This document shows positions 54,270 to 64,000 of a DNA stretch of 64,000 nt, in pieces. A program made the translations under genes and the position numbers. This stretch comes from Amoebidium appalachense (lineage: Eukaryota; Protista; Ichthyosporea). How positions within the stretch are numbered: position 1 is the stretch's first letter; every line of letters starts with the position of its first letter. Under the pieces are notes generated by a model that was not told the DNA's origin, made no database searches, and saw only the letters and a list, made by a program, of their open reading frames with translations. The stretch lies in contig CAVNZM010000004.1 in NCBI GenBank assembly GCA_963693365.1, positions 950,448 to 1,014,447 on the forward strand. Reading direction: 5' to 3'.

Positions 54270-55609
54270 AGTGTCGTGTATGATGGGTAACTAGTCTATG
54301 TGTTTTGTGCACTGAAAACGACAGTAGAAAAGTGTAAATCAAACGTTCTGCTTCCCGTGTTTGTGACATGGGAGGCACTGCTTTATATAGTCGTTGGCCA
54401 CCTCATGGTGGCCTCGTGTGCACCCTGGTGGTGGGCCATGTACAGCATGGCCGAAAAGAGAGCACAATGAAAACAAGTCGTTAAAGATATAAAAGTTAAC
54501 TGTGCACGTTGAGTGGCTAGTTAACTTGCACTAAAGCACACAAATAAACGTGTTTAACACACCAATTGCAGTTAAACGTAAATCTTACTTCACACAACTA
54601 AAAATATTCTGAGAATATCCGGGAATAAAGCACACTACCACTCTTAGAATAGAATCCTGTGGCAAATATAGACATGACATCATCTGAACCGGGAATATTA
54701 ATTAATGAGCACAATTAGCACGTTGCTAGTGAAGCTCGTCATTGGTACAGTTTTGGCTCAAACATATAACTACCATATATGAATATGACCGTAAACAAAA
54801 GCTGTCGAGTGAGTGTTGAAACAATTATTCAATTGCTCAGAAACTTTCTCTAACAGACATTGCTAGCCGGGAGTACCAGTGTACTCCAACACATGCGTGC
54901 AGCGTGCAAACCAACACACTTGGCAACCGAAGGTTTGAGCCCCGGGTGTCTTTTCACCCTCCCACAACATTTAACATAACAATGGCCTCAGCCACAGAGG
55001 AAGATACCCAGAAACCCAAAAACTGTACTCCCTACCGAGCTAACGAAATATATGTTAATGGGGGGATTCCTCCCTAGTAACCTAGTTTACATCGCAAACA
55101 CCAAAATTGCTGACCTGGCCGCAACTATTGCGTCTGCGTGTCCTGCGGATCCAGATGATGGATATAATAAATTGAAAGTTCAGCTAAAAAATGTCAAGGT
55201 GTGCAGTCTACCCCTTCTTACACCTTTTCTTTTTCTCTTGCCTAAAAGAATTTAGTAAAAAATGTTTCTCGAGAAACAGTTACTATAATAATTAATATTG
55301 TTGCATTTCGCAATATGTTTTGTTTTTTGCACGAGCCGTTCTTTTCCAGGTCTTTGTTTTTGTGCTTTTCTCTATTGGCCTCCCAGTGATGTACATGTTG
55401 GTAAGTATACAATGAAGGTCCAATGTACGTGGGTGCTTGCGTGGGTGCGTGTGACACCAGAGTGTGTGTGCCGCTGTGTGTATGTGTGTGTGCGTGCACG
55501 CCGCGTCCCTAGAATCGATTTCTCGCTGGCGCAGGTGCACACGTTCGTGTGGGTGCCATGCTCCGTCTTTCTCTCTCTGTGCGTTTTGGTGCGTGCGTGC
55601 GGCGCGCAC

Positions 55610-55751
<142 letters not shown>

Positions 55752-56100
55752 GGTTTTATTTGTGGAAATTATTGACATAAATATTTTTCTGGGTAAACAC
55801 GTAGGATGGGTGTTCGGTACCAACATAACAATGTAGGCTTCATTTCGTGTTTTAGCAGTTAGCGGTTGGCTGCCCGCACACGGGCACCTATTAGCCAGTC
55901 AAAACATCAGATACCACAGATCACTAGACCGAGTTATGATTGGCTCGGATCAGATTTCACATATCACTAGATCGATTTTTGATTGGCTCAGATCGGTAGG
56001 CTTAGGTATATAAGCACGACAGTTTTTAGCAGATCAGCAAGCTACAAACACATCTTCTGTGTTTAGCATCCACAGCCTTACAGCTATATATTCCTTTTCA
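55752..56100 (+). repeat. Split direct repeat A1 (349 bp; A2 at 60621-60969), containing the putative promoter
   Basis: A1 and A2 differ at one position seen (ATAACAATG vs ATAACCATG); two GATTGGCTC boxes and GGTATATAAG near 56005. Confidence 0.95.
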
Positions 56101-56130
56101 TTCTCCCTATCTTTCCCTACGCCGGTCAGC

Positions 56131-57300
56131 ATGCCGCCGAAAAAGCGCCAGGCCTCAGCCGCCGCCCCTGCCGCGGCACCTAAGCGCCTGACCCGCAGCG
56201 ACCTCCGCCACAGGCTGACCAACGCTCCCGCGGACACTGACGCGCCTCCAGCGGCCCATACCACCACGGACCCGGACCCGCCGGCTACTCTCCCCTCCAC
56301 TCCTGAAGTCCCCCCTCAGGCCCCGCCGTCCCCGCAGATGACTTCTCAAGACGCCGTCCTGGCCGCCCTCACCGCCATCAGCACCCAGATGGCTGGCGTC
56401 CTGGCTGCTCTCACCAACCGCGACCCTCCCGCGCCCCCCGCCGCGCCCTCCACACCCGGGGAGGTTTCCCCGGGGCTGCATCTCGGCCCTGACCTAGACC
56501 TACCTGCCCTGCCCGCGCCCCCCATCACAGGTGAGAACACTGGCGACATTCAGCCGGGCACACTCCCGCTTCCCCCCGCGGATGTGCTGGCAGATTTGCG
56601 CGCCAATCGTTTCGTCGACCTGTATAAGTTCACCCCCGCCGCCCTCCTGGCCCCATCCAAGAAAGGTCAGCATCTGCGCATGGCCGACGACGGCAGCATC
56701 GAGACTTTTCGCCAAGACAAACCCGTTCCCCTGCGTTCACTCGTCATTTGGATCCAAGCTTGGACCCATTACATGGCCGCCAAGCACCACCTCGGCCTCC
56801 CCACGGACAAAGACGTACTTTGGACTCAGCACATCACTCGCCTCAGCACCCGATACCCGTGGGCCCAGATCCACAACTATGACGTATACGCCCGCACCGT
56901 TGCCCACCAGCAGGGTCGGGCTCCGATCGAGTGTCCCAACCTGCTCGCCCAACTCCACCAGGATCTCCTCCTGCCACCCACTCTGCTCATCCCGGACGCA
57001 TGTCAGCGCTGTGGCTTCCCCGACCACCCCAGCGCAGCCTGCCCCATGTACCCCAAGCCCGGCTGTGGTCTTGACGGCTTTAAGCCGCCCCACAAGCCCG
57101 GCGGGGGTCAAACCCCTAACCGCCCTGGCCCGCAACCCGGCCCGGCAAAACCGGCCCGACCCGTGGATCTACCCGCGACGCACTGCAGGAATTTCCACAT
57201 TAACGGTCGGTCCTGCGCTAAGCAGCCCTGCCCCTTCTCCCACGTGTGCCCGCTCTGCTCTGGCACACACCCCCGCAAAGACTGCAAGCACAATGCCTAG
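56131..57300 (+). CDS. Ngaro ORF1 (Gag-like) with zinc knuckles
   Basis: First ATG at 56131 (MPPKKRQ, NLS-like); CQRCGFPDHPSAAC and CRNFHINGRSCAKQPCPFSHVCPLCSGTHPRKDC. Confidence 0.9.
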   Translation: MPPKKRQASAAAPAAAPKRLTRSDLRHRLTNAPADTDAPPAAHTTTDPDPPATLPSTPEVPPQAPPSPQMTSQDAVLAALTAISTQMAGVLAALTNRDPPAPPAAPSTPGEVSPGLHLGPDLDLPALPAPPITGENTGDIQPGTLPLPPADVLADLRANRFVDLYKFTPAALLAPSKKGQHLRMADDGSIETFRQDKPVPLRSLVIWIQAWTHYMAAKHHLGLPTDKDVLWTQHITRLSTRYPWAQIHNYDVYARTVAHQQGRAPIECPNLLAQLHQDLLLPPTLLIPDACQRCGFPDHPSAACPMYPKPGCGLDGFKPPHKPGGGQTPNRPGPQPGPAKPARPVDLPATHCRNFHINGRSCAKQPCPFSHVCPLCSGTHPRKDCKHNA

Positions 57301-57697
57301 TCTTCGCGCACACCCACACACACAGCTAGAACATAGGGGTTAGGAGCTAGGACACACGAGTACAGGGAAACGGAGCTCGGGAGAACGGGCCAATAGGGCT
57401 GAGTACAAAATTTCGCAGGCCAACTACGGCGCCCGCGCGCGTCAAGAATAAATGTCCCTACACAAAGACGTTTATTCTGGCCACTGCACATAATTTTACT
57501 CCCCCCCCCCATCCCACGAGCCTCCCCCCCCCCCCCTTACACTCACCTAGCACTCCCTCCCCCCCCCCCTTCTTCTACCTCTGTGTCCGCCCACACCCCC
57601 GCGTGCTCGGGCACATTCCCCTGCACAGGGCCCCGCTGCCCTCCCTGCCCACCCTCACTTGGGCCCAGCTGCCCTACTCTAACCCCCCGGGGCCCTG

Positions 57698-57735
<38 letters not shown>

Positions 57736-57766
57736 CTGCCGGGATCTCCCCAAGGGTACACCACCC

Positions 57767-59419
57767 TTGCTAACCACCCCCTTCCCCCGAGGCTCAGACC
57801 CGGAGGCCCGCCCGCTGCCCCAGCACCACATTGACACCTCCCGCCTCCGGGAACTGCTGGCCTCCTACCCGGACCAACCATTCGCCGCACAACTCCTCCA
57901 CGATGTCGAATTCGGCGTCGACATCGGCTATCGCGGCCCCTCCACCTCTCGGGTGGGCCCCAACCTACCCACCACCCCGGAGGCAGCTGCCGCTATCACG
58001 GTGGATATTGCCAAAGAAGTCGCCCTCGGCCACCTGCGCGGCCCCCTCTCCCCGGCCCAATTCTTTGACGAATTTCCGGTCCACCGCTCCTCCCCCATCG
58101 GCGCCGTTACCAAGAAAGGGAACCCCCCCAAGTACCGTCGAATCCACCACCTCTCCTGGCCCCGGGGTAGCAGTGTCAATGACAGCATCACCTACCCCGA
58201 CGAACTTCAGTACATTCGCGCCCGGGATGTCACCCAACTCATTCTCGACGCAGGCCCCGGCTGCTACATGGCCGTGGCAGATGTGCAGGCTGCCTTCCGG
58301 CACATGCCCATCCGACCGGAAGACCACCACTTAATGGCATTCAAATGGCAAGGGCATTTTTACGTTGAAACCAGACTGCCCTTCGGCCTGAAATCTAGCC
58401 CAGCCATCTGGGAACGGATCGCGGCCACCCTACAGTGGCTGGCACACCAGCACGGTATTACCCTCATCCGCCACTACGTAGACGACTGGATTATAGTCGC
58501 CCCCACACAAGAGCAGTGCCAACGTCACCTATCCACCTTCCTGCAACTCTGCCGAGAGCTGCACATTGCCATCTCCGAAGACAAGATGCAGGGCCCGGCT
58601 ACCCGTGTCGTCTTCATCGGTATCGAATTCGACTCCATCGCCATGGAGGCACGAATCCCGGCTTCCAAGCTCTCGGACCTACTCGACCTCACTTCCCACC
58701 CAAAGCCCACCATCACCATTCGGGACCTCCAGTCCCTCCTCGGCAAACTCACCTGGTGTGCCCAGCTGGTTCCCCCCGGGAGGGCCTTCTCCCAGCGCCT
58801 ATGGGCCCTTCTCCGGACCCACCCACACCTTGCCGGCCACCACCACATACGACTGACTGCTGCCGCCCGGGCCGACATAGCCGAATGGCACCAGTTCCTC
58901 ACATCATGGAATGGGGTGCACCTCATCACACCCCCCACATACACCACCCTGGCCACTGATGCTGCCGGATCGGTGGGTCTAGGAGGCCACTGGCTCGACC
59001 AATGGTTCTTCATGCCCTGGTCCCCCTCCACCCAAGCCCTCTATGCTCATGAGGGTAAACTCGGTTCTTCCGTCATCGAACTCCTGGCCATCGCAGCCGC
59101 CGTGGCCCTCTGGGCCCCCTCCTGGTCCACCCACCATGTCCGTATTTTATGCGACAACACGGGTGCTGTGTCTGACCTGCACTCCCGGTCTTCCCCCCAC
59201 CCCGTGATGGCCAAACTTATTCGGTTCATCACCCGCATGGAAATGCAATACCAATTTACGTTACAGGCATCCTACCTACCAGGACCCCTCAACCATCTGG
59301 CCGATGCCATTTCTCGTAACCAACTTCCCCGGGCCCGACGACTCCGACCTTCCCTGCAACCGGAGCCCTGCCCCTTCCCCTCCTGGGTCCACGAGTTCCT
59401 ATCCCTTCCCTTGGGCTAA
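57767..59419 (+). CDS. Ngaro ORF2: reverse transcriptase + RNase H (no ATG before the RT core; probably reached by splicing)
   Basis: YRRIHHLSWP..SVND, ADVQAAFR, LPFGLKSSP, HYVDDW, FIGIEFDS, TDAAG, IELLAI, CDN and NHLADAISR. Confidence 0.95.
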   Translation: MLTTPFPRGSDPEARPLPQHHIDTSRLRELLASYPDQPFAAQLLHDVEFGVDIGYRGPSTSRVGPNLPTTPEAAAAITVDIAKEVALGHLRGPLSPAQFFDEFPVHRSSPIGAVTKKGNPPKYRRIHHLSWPRGSSVNDSITYPDELQYIRARDVTQLILDAGPGCYMAVADVQAAFRHMPIRPEDHHLMAFKWQGHFYVETRLPFGLKSSPAIWERIAATLQWLAHQHGITLIRHYVDDWIIVAPTQEQCQRHLSTFLQLCRELHIAISEDKMQGPATRVVFIGIEFDSIAMEARIPASKLSDLLDLTSHPKPTITIRDLQSLLGKLTWCAQLVPPGRAFSQRLWALLRTHPHLAGHHHIRLTAAARADIAEWHQFLTSWNGVHLITPPTYTTLATDAAGSVGLGGHWLDQWFFMPWSPSTQALYAHEGKLGSSVIELLAIAAAVALWAPSWSTHHVRILCDNTGAVSDLHSRSSPHPVMAKLIRFITRMEMQYQFTLQASYLPGPLNHLADAISRNQLPRARRLRPSLQPEPCPFPSWVHEFLSLPLG

Positions 59420-60503
59420 CCCCCCCCCCCCCCCCCCCCCAGATCTCCCGTTCCGGAGCAACACTGGCAGATTGGCCCCCCACTTTGCTCCGGCCGAGCT
59501 GCTTCGAGCCACCACTACCCTGCAGGAATGCCAGGCCCTGAGTCTCAACCTCGACTCTCGGGCCTTTTACTCCCGGGTGCAAAAAGTGTTCATCGATTTC
59601 TGTGTGGCATCTCGGCTGCAATCCTCCTCCGGGTCCTCCCTCCCGGCCTCCCCACACACCGTGCAACTTTTTCTCGCCTGGTGTGCCCAACGAGGGGTAC
59701 AGGCCTCTTCCTTAACCGGCTACAATTCGGCCATCACTAGGCTCCACCTCGACATGGGCCTCCCTGCTCCCTACCCCCACGACAAGTCTCTGGCCTGGTT
59801 CCTACGGGGGGTGGGCCGATGGCAGCTTTCTCACAACATCCGACCCCGCTCATCCACCAGGGAACCCCTCCTCCCCTCCCACCTCCGCCTACTCCATGGC
59901 CAGTGCCCCACCAAGGCCTCCTCGGCCAATCTCCGGCTATGGACGGCCCTCATCGTCGGTTTCTGTGGTCTCCTCCGTTCAGGGGAATTTACCTCCAAGA
60001 CCCTGACTTCTTTCGACCCGTCCCGTCACGTTAAACGGAAGGACGTGACCTTCAGCTACACCCCCACCGGTACTTTGTCCCATGCCACCCTCCACCTGCC
60101 AACCTCTAAGACGGATGTACAGGCCCGAGGTGTCAACGTCACCCTAGCTGCCCTGCCCCTCACCCACTTCTCCCCAGCCCATCTCCTCCGGCAGTTCCTG
60201 GATACAACGTCCGGTCAACCCGACGACCCCCTCTTCAGTCTCGGTGGCATCCCCTACACCAAGAGTGCTTTCTCTGCCGATTTCCGTGCCCTCCTCTCCC
60301 GGGCAGGCCTCTCACCCTCCCGGTTTGCCGGACACAGCCTCCGCATCGGGGGGGCCACAGCACTGGCTGAGGCCGGGGTCGACGACTCCCGGATCAAACA
60401 ACTCGGCAGGTGGTCCTCCGACTGCTTCCTGATCTATACCCGACTTCGTCCGGCCTCCATTGCTGCCACCACCACACGTGTATTCGCCTCTATTCTTAAG
60501 TGA
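59304..60503 (+). CDS. Ngaro ORF3: tyrosine recombinase
   Basis: GFCGLLRSGE (R), SKTD (K), HSLRIGGAT (HxxR) and LGRWSSDCFLIY (W, catalytic Y). Confidence 0.95.
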   Translation: MPFLVTNFPGPDDSDLPCNRSPAPSPPGSTSSYPFPWANPPPPPPPDLPFRSNTGRLAPHFAPAELLRATTTLQECQALSLNLDSRAFYSRVQKVFIDFCVASRLQSSSGSSLPASPHTVQLFLAWCAQRGVQASSLTGYNSAITRLHLDMGLPAPYPHDKSLAWFLRGVGRWQLSHNIRPRSSTREPLLPSHLRLLHGQCPTKASSANLRLWTALIVGFCGLLRSGEFTSKTLTSFDPSRHVKRKDVTFSYTPTGTLSHATLHLPTSKTDVQARGVNVTLAALPLTHFSPAHLLRQFLDTTSGQPDDPLFSLGGIPYTKSAFSADFRALLSRAGLSPSRFAGHSLRIGGATALAEAGVDDSRIKQLGRWSSDCFLIYTRLRPASIAATTTRVFASILK

Positions 60504-60531
60504 AACCTTTGGAGCAAGCATACTGCTCTCG

Positions 60532-60620
60532 TGCCGTGGTTTACAACCATTGCAGGTTCACTTTCGTCCAAGGGGATGTCCCCCTAGAGGCAACACACGT
60601 CCCGGAGTAGTTTTCATAGA
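60532..60620 (+). repeat. Split direct repeat B1 (89 bp; B2 at 61100-61188)
   Basis: TGCCGTGGTTTACAACC...GTTTTCATAGA appears identical in both copies; B1 abuts A2. Confidence 0.95.
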
Positions 60621-61791
60621 GGTTTTATTTGTGGAAATTATTGACATAAATATTTTTCTGGGTAAACACGTAGGATGGGTGTTCGGTACCAACATAACCA
60701 TGTAGGCTTCATTTCGTGTTTTAGCAGTTAGCGGTTGGCTGCCCGCACACGGGCACCTATTAGCCAGTCAAAACATCAGATACCACAGATCACTAGACCG
60801 AGTTATGATTGGCTCGGATCAGATTTCACATATCACTAGATCGATTTTTGATTGGCTCAGATCGGTAGGCTTAGGTATATAAGCACGACAGTTTTTAGCA
60901 GATCAGCAAGCTACAAACACATCTTCTGTGTTTAGCATCCACAGCCTTACAGCTATATATTCCTTTTCACCCACCCACCTACACCCACACACAACCCCCA
61001 TTGATCCACACATACGTGCTGTTTTTTCACGGGGCGAAGACTTCCCCCGTTTTTTGGGCACATGGACCTCACGGATCAATAAATTGATGACTGGGGGCTT
61101 GCCGTGGTTTACAACCATTGCAGGTTCACTTTCGTCCAAGGGGATGTCCCCCTAGAGGCAACACACGTCCCGGAGTAGTTTTCATAGATGTGTGTGTGTC
61201 CGTTTCAAATGATGTGTGCACGTGTATGTGTGTGTGTGTGTGTGTGTCTGTCTGTGTTTGTATGTTTGGCTTTCGTTTGTACTAATCTAGCAGTTTACTT
61301 GCGCCTACAGATCTTATCATGGGGCGACTCACCTTTCAAGACCAAGAAACCAACACACGTATTTACGAGTATCACTATGCAAGGCTGCACTTTTCCTGTG
61401 GGGGAAACACCTGCCAATCTCTTCAGGTAAGTTGGGGGGGAGAGGGGGGGGAGGGCTCTATACGAAAATTACGGTACCCGGGGGCACACCGGGCTTCTGA
61501 ATAGCTCTTCTGAATATTGAAATAGGTTGCCTTCTACATAGAGCTCTTCATTGAGAAAAGTGGCGCCATAGTGTTACATGGCAAGAGTGCTTATATGGGA
61601 TTGTGAATAATGCGGGTTTTCAGGCATGGTTCTATTAGTTAGGTTAACAATTTCCATCAACAAACGTTTGGTTTCGTGCAACACACATGCAAACAGGTGT
61701 CGCAAAATACGGATAGCCGTTATCCGAGTTGATTATCACATGTTGTGATAGGAACACCTTCATTATCTTTATCATATTTATTTATTTTTCT

Positions 61792-61827
<36 letters not shown>

Positions 61828-61907
61828 GCGGGAGGGGGAAAGGGGGCGTAAGGGGGTTTTGACGGGAAGCTTTAACGGTAAGATTCAGTGGCAGACAGTG
61901 CTGCTGG

Positions 61908-61938
<31 letters not shown>

Positions 61939-62051
61939 GCCGTTTTCCACAGGCAGGCAACATCGCTTGAATCACTGGAGCTTACGAATGTGAAGATGAA
62001 AAACCCTCTCCCGCCCACTGCCCTGCAAAACGTACCCAACCTAAAGGTACA

Positions 62052-62098
<47 letters not shown>

Positions 62099-62346
62099 AA
62101 AAAAGAAAGAAAAAAAAAAAAAGAAAAGAAAGAAAGGAAAGACGCTTCCATTTTGTCCTCGTGTCAAATAATTTATTATTATTCGGGTTTGTATCCCACT
62201 GCCGTTAAAGGCTACTCTGTGTGTGTATGCTTTTACCCCTTTGTGATATTGAACCTCGTACTTTGTCACAAATTTTGTTCCCCCCCTCCCCCCCCCCCCC
62301 CCCCCCCCCTCTCCCCGCCTCCCCCCCCCCCCCCCCCTCTTTCCCC

Positions 62347-62383
<37 letters not shown>

Positions 62384-62580
62384 TTGCGCCCGGGACACCC
62401 TCCCAATCACCCATCCTCCCACCTGATCTTTCACCAATACTGCTACCTCTACCATTACGCACAATTCCTTTCTTCTCCCGATCTCCAGATCTCTGGTTTT
62501 TGTATATTCGTGACGTTTTGTGTTTTGTCTTCCAATGTCTTCACTTCCATAACCCCATCCCTCTAATCATACATATATTA

Positions 62581-62630
<50 letters not shown>

Positions 62631-63206
62631 CGCTGAAAAAAAAAAATGTAGCAGACACTGTGGATAGATGGCCCAGGAATTCTCCCCCAGTCGAGGGCAG
62701 CCTTCTTCTAAACACCACCAACTTGGAAGAGTTGGGAATTTACAACACAGACATGCACACTTTCAGCATGGATATGCTATAGCCCCCCTACCGTACCTAG
62801 TCAGCCTCATAATCCACGACAACACAAATCTGAGTCATTTGGACCCCGCCCAAACGCTGGAATTTCAGGATGTTGCTTTATTTAAAACCCATTTGAGTGC
62901 AATAACCTCAGCTGGCTGGATGCTGGGGCTGTGCCCTATATGAGCAGGGGGTTTGAAGACGACAGTTTGGAATATAATCCGTGGGACTGCTGTGGTTTGC
63001 GCGAAGGAATGGTTCAGGTGGGGGATTTATTCCGTGCAAATGTGTTGAAAGTGTTTCTATATATGTATGTATAAGGAGATGCCATGGTTTGTGAATGATG
63101 GTATAATGCACTGCTGTAGCTATGTGGACTCATCTTCTTTTCACCGCGGCCGTTGCCGCAATGGGCATGTATTTCACTCATTACATCTCGTTACTACTTA
63201 ACCCCC

Positions 63207-63272
<66 letters not shown>

Positions 63273-63576
63273 GAAAAGGGGGGTCTACTTATAATGTATA
63301 CACTTTATGATTGTGCTTCACCAAATCTGTGTTGTCGTGTCGGTTGCAAATGTGTGCACAGTACGCAGTGTGAAACACGTCCCCCCCCCCCCCCCCCCCC
63401 CCCCCCCTCCCTCCCTCCTCCTCTCCCTCCCTCATCCTCCACAAATACACACACCCACAAACACACACCTTTACCACCAAAAAAAGAAAAGGAAAAAAAA
63501 ATAACACATCCCCCCCCCCCCCCCCCCCCCCCCACCTCACCCCCTTCCTCTCCCTCCCCCATCCTCCACAAATATG

Positions 63577-63608
<32 letters not shown>

Positions 63609-63631
63609 AACAAACACACGCACACACACGC

Positions 63632-63746
<115 letters not shown>

Positions 63747-64000
63747 AAAAAAATAATAATAATAAAAAAGGAATGTGGGCCCCTCCACAGGAGTCGACAC
63801 TGCGCTGCACGTGCATGTAGAAGTCCTGCCCGTTTAGGCGCTTACTCCCCTCGACGTTATCAGAAAGCTGCACGTCGTTGAGCACTGTGAATATGCGGCA
63901 GCTGGTGGTTTTTCGTTTTTCTCCGTAGCCAGCACCCAAAACGCAACACATTTTGTGTTGTTGGTGCACAGGCCGGCGCAGAGCTCAGCAGAAACGTTAG

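Larger units (their letters stand above)
55752..61188 (+). mobile_element. Ngaro-type tyrosine-recombinase (DIRS order) retrotransposon with split direct repeats, 5437 bp
   Basis: Layout A1-gag-RT/RH-YR-B1-A2-spacer-B2; no methyltransferase ORF; no TSD; flanked by TG repeats. Confidence 0.95.

Noticed and set aside
57542-57629. Alternative pol acceptors at 57550 and 57628
   Set aside because: They enter a frame that stops at 57834 unless the poly-C length is wrong; the acceptor at 57797 has a better branch point and needs no correction.

Overview
Eukaryotic, intron-containing, repeat-rich DNA packed with (CA/TG)n microsatellites and poly-G/C tracts. Degraded LRR/EGF receptor-kinase genes suggest a unicellular holozoan such as an ichthyosporean (inference). 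The window holds three young retroelements: a non-autonomous LTR element (23248-26793), an intact two-ORF APE-RT LINE (42277-47086, minus) and an intact Ngaro-type tyrosine-recombinase retrotransposon (55752-61188, plus). It also holds older LINE and hAT fragments, a Harbinger/Tourist-type MITE, an inverted pair of disabled MFS sugar-transporter genes, a Pro/Ala-stalk membrane protein gene and a two-exon DUF2867-like gene. Top observation: the Ngaro element appears to express its three ORFs by alternative splicing. One phase-1 donor in gag joins in frame to either of two GCTAAC/polypyrimidine/CAG acceptors, one in front of RT-RNaseH and one in front of the recombinase. Also notable: the LINE 3' end is complementary to the start of its own ORF2, and the two transporter copies carry complementary lesions that one inversion would repair. 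All calls are by eye; no searches were run.
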